Both the position numbers and the translations under genes were made by a program. A stretch of DNA of 23,692 nt from a bacterium (GTDB lineage Bacteria > UBA8248), in NCBI GenBank assembly GCA_965200245.1, contig CBDATS010000013.1, positions 1 through 23,692 on the forward strand. Direction: 5' to 3'. Shown piece after piece: positions 1 to 8,628 of this stretch. The notes beneath the pieces were generated by a model. That model was not told the origin of the DNA, ran no database searches, and was given only the letters and a program-made list of their open reading frames with translations. How positions within the stretch are numbered: position 1 is the first letter of the stretch; every line of letters begins with the position of its first letter.

Positions 1-1222
1 TGTTCGCAAGCGTGACCTGATAGGCACCGATGTGCTGGGTGATTCCACCGGTTTCGCCTGACACAATATCGGTCTTGCGCAATGCATCGAGCAACGATGT
101 CTTGCCATGATCCACATGTCCCATGACGGTGACGACCGGTGCCCGGGCCACCTTGTCCATGTCGGCGTCGTCATCCTGCTTGAGGCCGACCTCGACATCG
201 GCTTCCGTGACACGGATTGTCCTGTGCCCGAATTCCCCGACGAGCAGCTCTGCCGTGTCGGCATCGATCGTCTGCGTGATCGTGACAATCTTTCCCATTT
301 CCATGAGTTTCTTGACGACCTCGCCGCCACGAACGGCCATCCGTACAGCAAGTTCACTGACAACAATTGATTCGGGGACGATAATGTCGCGCACATACTG
401 GCGGCCTGGTGCACCTGCCGGGCCGGAATTCGTGCGCGGTTGTTGCTGGCGAAGTTTTTCGCGCAGGCGTTTCTGTGCCGCTTCACTGCGTGTGCGCTCG
501 CCTTCAGAGTCGCTGAGGGCGCGTTCAAGCGTAAGCTTTCCTTTCTGGCGACGGCCCTCCTGATACTTGGGCCCCGGTTTTCCGGCAGGTTTTGCTTTGC
601 TCTGCTTGCCTTTCTTGCCCTTGACGGTCTCGGCCTGTTCCTCATCGGGGGTTTGCGCGGCTTCGGCGCGCATACGTTGCTGCGCCTCGTGTTCCTCCTT
701 CTTGCGCCGCGCCTCCTCTTCTGCCAGCCGTTTCGCTTCCGCCTCGCGTTGTTTACGCTGTTCCTCTTCCTGTCTTTCGCGTTCGATTCGTTCGGCCTCG
801 GCTTTTCGCCGGGCCTCGATTTTTTCGGCTTCGGCACGCGCCTTGGCCTCTGCAGTGTAGCGTTCGAGTTCTTCCCTCTGGGCGACCTGTGCGGCAGCAA
901 GAGCCTGACTGCGTTTCGCCCGCTCCTCGGCGCTCAGATTACCGAGGCTTGACTGGCGGTTGTCAGCCGATTCCCGTCCAGGCTGTACGGATTTCCGGTC
1001 TGCGTTGCTGAACGTTTTTTCCTTCGCAGGATCTTTCTGACCGCGACGCTGACCGAGGCGGGGCTTCTTGATGCGGTGTTCAACTGCGACGTCCTTCTTC
1101 CTTCCGCCGCGAAAATCCTGCGTCACATGGCCGCCATCGACAGTCGTCTTGCGTTCGCCGACGCGCCGCGAACCCAGCGAAAGCGTTGATGACCGCGACC
1201 CGGTTTCACCTGTGTTAGCCAT
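1..1222 (-). CDS. infB: Translation initiation factor IF-2, N-terminal part (runs off the window edge)
   Basis: Manual minus-strand translation from the ATG at 1222 (AAGGA upstream; alternative in-frame ATG at 1240) gives [17 protein letters not shown]...[18 protein letters not shown], a charged linker, then [23 protein letters not shown] and [12 protein letters not shown] (IF-2 G-domain motifs). It follows nusA-ylxR as expected and is absent from the ORF track because no stop lies in the window. Confidence 0.97.
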   Translation of the reverse strand, partial: MANTGETGSRSSTLSLGSRRVGERKTTVDGGHVTQDFRGGRKKDVAVEHRIKKPRLGQRRGQKDPAKEKTFSNADRKSVQPGRESADNRQSSLGNLSAEERAKRSQALAAAQVAQREELERYTAEAKARAEAEKIEARRKAEAERIERERQEEEQRKQREAEAKRLAEEEARRKKEEHEAQQRMRAEAAQTPDEEQAETVKGKKGKQSKAKPAGKPGPKYQEGRRQKGKLTLERALSDSEGERTRSEAAQKRLREKLRQQQPRTNSGPAGAPGRQYVRDIIVPESIVVSELAVRMAVRGGEVVKKLMEMGKIVTITQTIDADTAELLVGEFGHRTIRVTEADVEVGLKQDDDADMDKVARAPVVTVMGHVDHGKTSLLDALRKTDIVSGETGGITQHIGAYQVTLAN

Positions 1223-1240
1223 TTCCCGTTCGTCCTTCAT

Positions 1241-1825
1241 TCATGTCATGGCCTGACCACGAAAACCGCCTAGGCGACAACATTCCCGTTTGACCCTGTT
1301 CGAGAGCCTTCCTGAAACAAGTGCAACATGTACGGCAGCCGAACGATTGAAGGCAACGCCGAGTTCCGTACTGTTCATAACCCTGATTGCTTCCGATGAC
1401 CGGTCTCCTGCCAGCTTGTTCAAGCCGTCAAGTGACGCATCACGTGCATGCAGAATGAGGCATGGATCCTGTCGCAGCAACACGCGGCACTTTTCGAAAC
1501 CGGTCACCGACTGCCCTGCACGACGGCTCATTCCGAGCAGATCTATGACACGTCGTGTCAGCAGGTCCTCGATCCTGTCCGCGAGATTATTGTCCGCGCG
1601 CGTCGACTGCCGAAAACCACGACAAAACAGACCCCTGGAGATTGCGCGATCAACAAGTTCGCGATTGGCGCCCAACCAGACGCCCCGTCCGGGCAGTTGC
1701 TCGGAAAGGTCGGCGACTACACGCCCGTCCGACGCAAGGGCGAAACGAATCAGTTCCGCCTTGTCCACCGTCTTGCCGGTCGCTATGCAACGACGTGTGC
1801 CATTATTCTTGCTCGGTCTCGGCAT
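1241..1825 (-). CDS. ylxR: YlxR (DUF448/RnpM) domain fused to an L7Ae-like RNA-binding domain
   Basis: Motifs RRCIATG...ELIRF...LPGRGVW (YlxR) and LLGMSRRAG...GFEK...ELGVAF..AVHVAL (L7Ae-like). It lies between nusA and infB. The start is taken at ATG 1825 (MPRPSK), overlapping the nusA end. Confidence 0.88.
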   Translation of the reverse strand: MPRPSKNNGTRRCIATGKTVDKAELIRFALASDGRVVADLSEQLPGRGVWLGANRELVDRAISRGLFCRGFRQSTRADNNLADRIEDLLTRRVIDLLGMSRRAGQSVTGFEKCRVLLRQDPCLILHARDASLDGLNKLAGDRSSEAIRVMNSTELGVAFNRSAAVHVALVSGRLSNRVKRECCRLGGFRGQAMT

Positions 1826-3383
1826 CTGTCCCGACCGGTGTTGATTCGGCCGCCTCGTCGTCTTTATACCAGTGTCTTCTTGCCGCCATGATGATCCTGC
1901 TGGCATCATCCATTGTCAGGTATGTTCCCGGAAGATAGTCCTGCAGCAGCTCGTCATTGGAGAGTTCTGCCAGATCGTCCAGGGTCAGTATTCCGCGTGC
2001 GCCGAGTTCCACGAGGAGTGCAGGAGTGAGTTCCTCGATTTCGGCAATAGCATCCGCAACGCCGAGTTCCCGACGCTGCTGATCGAGTTCAGCATTGTGC
2101 CGTTCAACATAAGCCAGAGCGCGTTCGCGCAACGCATCGGCAAGTGTCTCGTCAAAACCCTCGATGGATGTCAGTTCGTCGAACTCGACATAGGCGACCT
2201 CTTCTGCGTCCTCGAACCCTTCGGTGACAAGGAGACGCGCCAGCACATCGTCGACATCGAGTGCATTCATGAAGTGTTCCGAAAGCAGGCGGAGGTCTTC
2301 CGTCCGGCGATTGGACTCATCGGTTTCGGTCATGATATCGATGTCCCAACCCACGAGCTGGGACGCAAGCCGCACATTCTGTCCGCGGCGGCCAATGGCC
2401 AGTGAAAGCTGGCTGTCGGGCACCACGACTTCCATGCGTTTTTCCGCCTCGTCCATGACGACCTTGGTCACTTCAGCCGGTTGCAAGGCATTCACGACAA
2501 AGGTGGCGGTATCAGGCGACCACGGAATGATATCGATCTTTTCGCCGCCAAGCTCGTTCACGACCGCCTGCACCCGGCTTCCCCGGATGCCGACGCAGGC
2601 ACCGACCGGATCGATGGAATCGTCGCTCGAGAGGACCGCGATCTTCGCTCGGCTCCCCGGGTCCCGCGCAACGGCCTTGATCTCGATCAGGCCATCGTAG
2701 ATTTCCGGGACTTCCTGTGTGAACAGTTTGGCCATGAATTGCGGATGAACGCGGCTGAGCAGAATCTGGGTACCGCGCGACTCCAGGCGGACGTCATAGA
2801 GATAGGCCCGGACACGGTCCGTGCGCTGCAGTGGTTCGCGGGGAAGCGAATCCTCACGGCGCAGCAAACCTTCGGCTCGACCGCTGAGGTCGATAATGTG
2901 ATTGCCGCGTTCCGAGCGTTTGACGGTACCGTTGATGATCTCGCCGCAACGATCCTTGAATTCGTCGTACTGCCGCTGGCGTTCGGCTTCGCGCACTTTC
3001 TGGACAATGACCTGTTTGGCCTGTTGTGCAGAAATGCGGCCAAATTCAACCGGGGGCAGGGGTTCCCTGACAATGTCGCCGAGTTGTAGTGACCTGTCAT
3101 TCCGACGGGCGTCCTCAAGCGAGATCTGTGAACCAGTGCTCTCGCTGTCACATGTCTCGACGACTGTGACGACGCGCTCGAGCATGACATTGCCGTTTCG
3201 CCGATCAATACTGGCCCTGATATCGAGATTGTTGCCGTACTTTTTCTTGCCGGCATTCTGGATGGCTGACTCGAGCGCTTCGATCACGATCTCGCGCTCG
3301 ATACCCTTTTCCTGGGCGACCGCATCGGCAATGTTGATCAATTCCCGGTGCGCGACAGTAGAGATAGGTGCTGGGGCCGCCAT
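1803..3383 (-). CDS. nusA: Transcription termination/antitermination factor NusA
   Basis: Motifs FGRISAQQAKQVIVQKVREAER, ARDPGSRAKIAV, DPVGACVG and LSLAIGRRGQNVRLAS, plus acidic C-terminal repeats; canonical operon position. Confidence 0.99.
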   Translation of the reverse strand: MAAPAPISTVAHRELINIADAVAQEKGIEREIVIEALESAIQNAGKKKYGNNLDIRASIDRRNGNVMLERVVTVVETCDSESTGSQISLEDARRNDRSLQLGDIVREPLPPVEFGRISAQQAKQVIVQKVREAERQRQYDEFKDRCGEIINGTVKRSERGNHIIDLSGRAEGLLRREDSLPREPLQRTDRVRAYLYDVRLESRGTQILLSRVHPQFMAKLFTQEVPEIYDGLIEIKAVARDPGSRAKIAVLSSDDSIDPVGACVGIRGSRVQAVVNELGGEKIDIIPWSPDTATFVVNALQPAEVTKVVMDEAEKRMEVVVPDSQLSLAIGRRGQNVRLASQLVGWDIDIMTETDESNRRTEDLRLLSEHFMNALDVDDVLARLLVTEGFEDAEEVAYVEFDELTSIEGFDETLADALRERALAYVERHNAELDQQRRELGVADAIAEIEELTPALLVELGARGILTLDDLAELSNDELLQDYLPGTYLTMDDASRIIMAARRHWYKDDEAAESTPVGTDAETEQE

Positions 3384-3452
3384 GTGTTTCCGTTGTTTCA
3401 GGTCTTTTCCGTTACAATCCGATGTACGCCATACAGACCACGCCGTACCGTA

Positions 3453-3905
3453 TCAACCAGAATAAACAAGATTGGCTTCGACAAGCCGGTCAAAGGGGAC
3501 GCTGACAATATCTCCTGAATCCTGTTCCAGTTGAATGTCACCATCAACCATACCGTTGAGTCGCCCGTTGAATCGCCGGCGACCGTCAAGCGGCGGATCA
3601 ACAACCGCGCGAACCCTTGCACCGGCAAACCGCGTGAAATCCTCAGGCTTGACGAGCGGTCTCTCAAGGCCGGGAGAACTGACCTCGAGTTGACATGACT
3701 CAGGTATTCCATCGATCGAATTGAAAACAGCGTCGAGTGCACGACTGACACGCGCACAGTCTTCCACGGTAATCGTCGATTCGGGATCTCGCTCGATCAT
3801 GACCTGCAAAGTCGTTTGGGGTGTCGGGAACATCTTCACCCGTACGACCTGATAGCCAATTGCTTCAACAGTCTGTGTGATCCTGTGTTCAATTTGTGGC
3901 TCCAG
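3453..3905 (-). CDS. rimP: Ribosome maturation factor RimP
   Basis: Motifs TLQVMIER, ITVEDCARVSR, LEVSSPGLERPL and GRRRFNG. The frame stays open upstream of the tracked GTG (3839) with RimP-like sequence (EHRITQTVEAIGYQVVRV) back to a CTG at 3905, which has AAGGA 7 nt upstream. Confidence 0.93.
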   Translation of the reverse strand: MEPQIEHRITQTVEAIGYQVVRVKMFPTPQTTLQVMIERDPESTITVEDCARVSRALDAVFNSIDGIPESCQLEVSSPGLERPLVKPEDFTRFAGARVRAVVDPPLDGRRRFNGRLNGMVDGDIQLEQDSGDIVSVPFDRLVEANLVYSG

Positions 3906-4233
3906 GGCCAGTTCCTTTCAAAACGATCTGAATTGCGGATGTGCGCACTTGAGCATCAGGGTTGGATCCGGATCGATTGACTGGAATCAAGAAAGGACCC
4001 GAAGTCCTGCAGATGCAACCCGAACTCGTAAGCTTCAAGTGTGGCGAATCTAGCAGATATGCAGCCGTCGGGGAAGTCCGTGATTGCAGGTTGTGCGTTG
4101 CGACTCCGGTCTGATGTGGCTATCGAGACGAGTCTGCGACCTTCTTGCAACCTGATACAGTACAGGGGCGTTCGCAGGCGAGGCAGCATCTTCCGTGCAG
4201 CAGATCTGTTCAGGGGCCAAGTGGTGCAACAAT

Positions 4234-4261
4234 TTGACATTGGAGCGCATCAAAATAAACT
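4234..4261 (+). promoter_or_regulatory. Putative sigma70 promoter for the ferritin-like gene
   Basis: TTGACA (4234-4239), a 16-nt spacer, then TAAACT (4256-4261), about 80 nt upstream of the ATG at 4341. Confidence 0.45.
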
Positions 4262-4265
4262 TTGC

Positions 4266-4280
4266 TAAGAATGAGTCGCA
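4266..4280 (+). promoter_or_regulatory. Possible alphaproteobacterial Fur-type operator
   Basis: TAAGAATGAGTCGCA resembles the imperfect palindrome TG(C/A)GA-N5-TC(G/T)CA. It overlaps the predicted transcription start of a di-iron protein gene. Confidence 0.25.
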
Positions 4281-4340
4281 CTTGATCACGATGGAACTGC
4301 CTTACTCCTAGCCTGCAAGGGAGGCGCGACGAGGGCAAGC

Positions 4341-5165
4341 ATGCAGAAGTGGAAACTGGACGACATAGAGTGGAGCGCGTTCGACCCAACCAAGGTCGAA
4401 CCGGAACTTCTCAAGGTAGTCAAGGCTGCATCTTTGGTCGAATACAACGGTGACCTGTACGGTGAGTACCTCGCAAGGGTGTTTGCCGATGACCCCGTGT
4501 TTGTCGATGCAGCACGACAGTGGGCGCGTGAAGAGGTGCTGCACGGTATTGCGCTGGCAGACTGGGCGTGTCTGGCTGACCCTGGCTGGGATCCGGAGGA
4601 TGCACGCCAGCGTTATCGCAACGAATATCAGCAGGTTGATCTGGATGCCATGGAGTCCGTTCGCGGATCGAGATACGGTGAACTCGTATCTCGATGCATG
4701 GTGGAGATCGGAACGTCATCGCATTATTCGGCGCTGGGTGATGCGACCGATGAACCTGTTCTCAAGCAGATATGCAAGTTCATCGCGGCGGACGAGTTTC
4801 GCCACTACCGGCTGTTCTATGACCACATGCGGAGATATCGCGAAAACGAAAACCCGCACTTCCTGCGTCGGTTTGCTGTTGCCGCGGGTCGATTTGCGGA
4901 AACGGAAGACGATGAGCTGTCGTTCGCATTCCACATCGCGAACAACATGGATGGTCCCTACGACCGGAAATCATGTGCGGTCGAATACGGCAGCCGCATC
5001 TGGCCATTGTATCGCAAGCAGCACATCCGTCTGGCGGTGAACATGATTCTCAAGACGATCGGATTGAAACCCGGTGGATGGCTCGGCCAACGGCTCTCCT
5101 GGATCATCACGCGATTGTTCGATTATCATCGCAAGCGCAAACTCAGACTGGCATTCTCGACCTGA
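4341..5165 (+). CDS. Ferritin-like (di-iron carboxylate) domain protein
   Basis: 274-aa ORF with a paired E...EXXH ligand pattern (SLVE...EEVLH and MVE...DEFRH). N-terminus WKLDDIEW; GGGAGG lies upstream. Confidence 0.8.
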   Translation: MQKWKLDDIEWSAFDPTKVEPELLKVVKAASLVEYNGDLYGEYLARVFADDPVFVDAARQWAREEVLHGIALADWACLADPGWDPEDARQRYRNEYQQVDLDAMESVRGSRYGELVSRCMVEIGTSSHYSALGDATDEPVLKQICKFIAADEFRHYRLFYDHMRRYRENENPHFLRRFAVAAGRFAETEDDELSFAFHIANNMDGPYDRKSCAVEYGSRIWPLYRKQHIRLAVNMILKTIGLKPGGWLGQRLSWIITRLFDYHRKRKLRLAFST

Positions 5166-5199
5166 ACACCGAATCCGTGGAACCGGGTTCTGAATCACG

Positions 5200-5721
5200 C
5201 TATCCGCGTTCAACGACAGGCTTTGTGCCGTCGGCAGGCCTGCGGGATGTCCCGATCAGGTCATCAAAGGATCGAAACACGTACGCGTAGACGTTGCGCT
5301 TGAAGGGAATGATCGAATCGAGAATCGCATCGTTTGCCATCCAGCGCCACCTGCGAAATTCCGGTGAATCCGTTGCGTGAATGTTGATGCAGGAATCGAC
5401 GCCTGTGAAGCGCATTGCAAACCACGACACGCGTTGACCGCGATACTGTCCATGCCACAACCTGGAACGTATATCCGACGGGAGGTCATAGGTGACAGTA
5501 CCTGGCATCCGCCTGATGACAGAAATCCAGCGTGATTCTATTCCGGTTTCCTCATACAGTTCCCTGAAGGCTGCGTCCCGGTCGCGTTCACCGGAGTTGA
5601 TTCCACCTTGCGGCATCTGCCATGCATCAGGACTGTCAGATCGCTCGCCTGCAAAGACCATGCCTCGGCTGTCGAGAAGAACTATCCCGACGCATGGCCG
5701 ATAAGCGAGGTCAGCGTGAAT
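5200..5721 (-). CDS. rppH: RNA pyrophosphohydrolase RppH (Nudix)
   Basis: WQMPQGG, Nudix box GGINSGERDRDAAFRELYEETGI, YRGQ, PEF..WRW and IPFKR.VY. The conserved YRPCVGIVL lies in frame upstream of the tracked ATG (5661). The exact start is uncertain; ATT at 5721 is proposed. Confidence 0.92.
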   Translation of the reverse strand: MHADLAYRPCVGIVLLDSRGMVFAGERSDSPDAWQMPQGGINSGERDRDAAFRELYEETGIESRWISVIRRMPGTVTYDLPSDIRSRLWHGQYRGQRVSWFAMRFTGVDSCINIHATDSPEFRRWRWMANDAILDSIIPFKRNVYAYVFRSFDDLIGTSRRPADGTKPVVERG

Positions 5722-5737
5722 CGCGCGTTATCCGGTG

Positions 5738-7066
5738 TTATTGTTGCAGGTTGGCTGACAACGAGATTCCCTTGAGAAGTTCAAGTGCGCGCAGAAGTTG
5801 GTAGTCCTCGTGGACATACTCGCTCCATCCGCCTTTCGGCTCGTCCTGATTGTCAACAATAAAAGATCCAATGAAGGCGTCCGTATCTGACTCAAGTAAA
5901 TCTTCACTTGATTCGCGTGTGTTGTCGTCTGCATCAAGACTGTTGCGAAGATCAGCTTCACTGATGAATGCGTTCTCGTGCACCTCATAGCGACCTTCCT
6001 CAATCAGCAGGTCCGGTGTTATGCCGGTTGCCTGGATAGAGAGACCGGAAGGTGTGAAGTACCGTGATGTGGTCAGCCGCATGCCACCCTGGCTGGAGAG
6101 TGGTACAATGGTCTGAACCGAACCCTTGCCGAATGACTGTGTCCCCATAATCAAGGCACGTTTGTGATCCTGAAGTGCGCCGGCGACGATTTCGGACGCT
6201 GACGCCGAGCCTCCGTTAATCAGGACAACCACGTTAAGCCCGTCGGCGAGATCGCCTTCTTCCGCAAAGAAATGGCGCGCATCGTTTTTCTGGCGGCCTT
6301 TCGTCGAGACGATTTCGCCGTGTTCCAGAAATGCATCCGCCACAGCAACCGCCTGTTCAAGCAGACCGCCTGGATTATTGCGCAGGTCCAGTACGATCCC
6401 CTGCAGGCGATCACCACCCATGTCGTGGATGCCATCCATGGCTTCCTCGAGGTTGCCGATTGTCTGTTTTGTGAAAGATGTGAGGCGGATGTAACCGATC
6501 TGATCTTCCATACGCCAGCGAACCGACCTGATCTTGATGATCGCGCGGGTGATCCTGACATCAAACGCGTTCTCGACGCCCTTGCGCACAACGGTCAAGA
6601 CGATATCCGTTCCGACCTCGCCGCGCATCAGATCGACAGCATCTTGCAAGTTCATGCCCAGCACAGGTTCACCGTCGATATGCGTGATGTAATCGCTGGC
6701 CTTCAATCCGGCTCTGAATGCCGGTGTGTCGTCAATTGGTGAAACGACCTTGACCAGTCCTTCTTCCATTGTCACTTCGATGCCGAGTCCACCAAACTCA
6801 CCGCGTGCATTTATGTTAGTGAGATCCATGTCTTCCGGGCTGAGGTACGCCGAATGCGGATCAAGTGATCCCAGCATTCCCCCGATGGCGGCTTCGATCA
6901 GCTCCTTGTCCGAGATCTCCTCCACGTAATTGGACCGGACTTGTTCGAACACGTCACCGAAAAGATCCAGGTACCTGTATGTGTTGTTGTTCGCGGTCGA
7001 CACTAGCGTGGACGAAACAAGAAGAACGCAGACACACAAAACTGTGACAAGGACATTTCTTTGCAT
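5738..7066 (-). CDS. ctpA: Carboxyl-terminal processing protease, S41A family (signal peptide, PDZ domain)
   Basis: Motifs LDPHSAY, GEFGGLGIEV (PDZ), LDLRNNPGG, SASASEIVAGALQD (catalytic Ser) and SFGKGSVQ (catalytic Lys); hydrophobic N-terminus. Confidence 0.96.
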   Translation of the reverse strand: MQRNVLVTVLCVCVLLVSSTLVSTANNNTYRYLDLFGDVFEQVRSNYVEEISDKELIEAAIGGMLGSLDPHSAYLSPEDMDLTNINARGEFGGLGIEVTMEEGLVKVVSPIDDTPAFRAGLKASDYITHIDGEPVLGMNLQDAVDLMRGEVGTDIVLTVVRKGVENAFDVRITRAIIKIRSVRWRMEDQIGYIRLTSFTKQTIGNLEEAMDGIHDMGGDRLQGIVLDLRNNPGGLLEQAVAVADAFLEHGEIVSTKGRQKNDARHFFAEEGDLADGLNVVVLINGGSASASEIVAGALQDHKRALIMGTQSFGKGSVQTIVPLSSQGGMRLTTSRYFTPSGLSIQATGITPDLLIEEGRYEVHENAFISEADLRNSLDADDNTRESSEDLLESDTDAFIGSFIVDNQDEPKGGWSEYVHEDYQLLRALELLKGISLSANLQQ

Positions 7067-7479
7067 GAATCTGCACTCCTGTTCGCTTACGGTACTGCAG
7101 CGCTGTCGCGAGACACTGCTCCAGAAGCTGCTACCTGCCGGACAACGTCGTTAAGAATGTAATCGCGTCTGTCAACCAACAAGAAAACCGGTCGTTATCG
7201 TAACTGTCCGGTAATTGTGTGCCAACAGATTGACGACGGGCATGTCAATACAATGGACATGGGTTACAACCACGCCATTCTCCGGCGCCACCTGAAACCG
7301 GAACGCCGCCCTTTTATGTCGGAAACAAGTACAAACCGGTCGCGAGTCGGGCACTGGACGGAATGCACGACCGTGAATACTGTTGTGGCCGAGGACATCA
7401 TGGCATTTGAGAAAACGCAGTTCCGTGCAACTGACCCATGGTTGCCGCCGTTTCGCGTTGCAAGTGTTGAACGGGTATC

Positions 7480-8253
7480 ATGCAGATGAACAGGCAAGCC
7501 GGCGCGTGCGCAATGTCGGATGCAGAATGGCAGTTGCGGTGTGATCTGGCGGCCTGTTATCAGCTTGTCGATCTTTATGGATGGTCTGATCTTTCGGGAA
7601 CACATATTTCGGCACGTGTACCCGGCAGCGAGGATCTTCTCATCAATCCCTACGGACTGCTGTTCGACCAGATCACTGCACGTTCACTGGTCCGTGTGAA
7701 TCCCGCCGGAGACGTTGTTGGCGACACCGACTGGCCTGTCAATCCTGCCGGGTTTCTCATTCACCGCTGCATTCATGACGCCAGGCCGGATGTGCAATGT
7801 GTGCTCCACACGCACACGCGGGCCGGCAACGCTGTCGCCATGCAACGGGACGGGCTTTTGCCGCTTAGTCAGAAAGCACTCATCCTCATGGGATGGATTG
7901 CCTATCACGAATACGAGGGTGTTGTTCTCGATCCCGGTGAGCAGAAGCGTCTTGTCGCAAGTCTTGCCGACAGGTGCATTCTCGTGATGCGCAACCACGG
8001 ACTGTTGACGTGTGGCGAAAGCGTGGCATCTGCCTTTGTATGGATGCATCGGATGGAGGCGGCTTGCCAGTATCAAGTTGACGGGTTGTCCGGAGCTGTT
8101 CCCTTGCATGTCCCGCGTAAGGCGGTTCAGAAGAGGACGATTGAACAGGGACGCCGCATACTTGGCCCCAATGGCCATGCACGATCGGGCATGGAGTGGG
8201 CTTCATTGATCACACAACTCGAAAACACCCGGGGTACCAGCTACCGGACGTGA
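7480..8253 (+). CDS. Class II aldolase/adducin family protein
   Basis: Motifs EWQLRCDLAACY, THISARVPG, LINPYGLLFDQITA, IHRCIH, VLHTHT and MRNHGLL (metal-binding His). The start may instead be 7486 or 7513. Confidence 0.92.
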   Translation: MQMNRQAGACAMSDAEWQLRCDLAACYQLVDLYGWSDLSGTHISARVPGSEDLLINPYGLLFDQITARSLVRVNPAGDVVGDTDWPVNPAGFLIHRCIHDARPDVQCVLHTHTRAGNAVAMQRDGLLPLSQKALILMGWIAYHEYEGVVLDPGEQKRLVASLADRCILVMRNHGLLTCGESVASAFVWMHRMEAACQYQVDGLSGAVPLHVPRKAVQKRTIEQGRRILGPNGHARSGMEWASLITQLENTRGTSYRT

Positions 8254-8408
8254 ACCGGCATCCCGACAACAGGACATCTTTGAAGCAACCCAAGAGATTA
8301 CCGGATTTATCTGTATTTAACCGGTACACGCGCATCATATAGTATGACAACTTACTTATTTCGCTATACACGTGTCTCCTGATGCCCATGCATATTGATA
8401 GAAGACCA

Positions 8409-8444
8409 GTTTCAATGGGGCTGGTTCGGCGAAGCCGCTGAAAC
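8409..8444 (-). repeat. Solitary 36-nt CRISPR-repeat-like sequence, not of the I-E family (type I-G/I-U-like)
   Basis: The minus strand reads GTTTCAGCGGCTTCGCCGAACCAGCCCCATTGAAAC: a GTTTC start, an internal CGGC/GCCG hairpin and a GCCCCATTGAAAC end. Only one copy was seen. Confidence 0.45.
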
Positions 8445-8628
8445 CTTCCCGGCACAATGATGTTCATCGGCGCACTTTCGCAATAGTCCGTCGCACGTGG
8501 GAGATTTTTCGAACTTGCAGCAAGTAACCCGATTCGTAAAAGTCGGCGCAACGCAAGTGACTCGGTAGATGATCTCGTTGATGAGTAACCACGGAAGTGA
8601 CAATGTGACGATCGATCGCAGCGCAGCA

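Noticed and set aside
107-1256. Plus-strand ORFs, including the hydrophobic 170-aa ORF at 440-952
   Set aside because: They are antisense shadows of infB.
3956-4289. Short ORFs in the rimP/ferritin-like divergent intergenic region
   Set aside because: They have no motifs or clear RBS; the region is better explained as divergent promoters.
6475-6484. AAG+ATGTGAG inside ctpA matches a PAM plus the first 7 nt of the mini-array spacer
   Set aside because: Pairing stops at nt 8 unless a gap is allowed. The site is mid-gene, and a 10-nt hit in this much sequence is plausible by chance.
7229-7249. Inverted repeat ATTGAC-N9-GTCAAT between ctpA and the aldolase gene
   Set aside because: The arms are only 6 bp and match no operator I can name with confidence.
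8457-8488. ATG-ATGTTCATCGGCGCACTTTCGCAATAGTC upstream of cas3 loosely resembles the mini-array spacer
   Set aside because: It needs several indels, including in the seed, so it is not a credible R-loop target by eye. A formal alignment would still be worthwhile.
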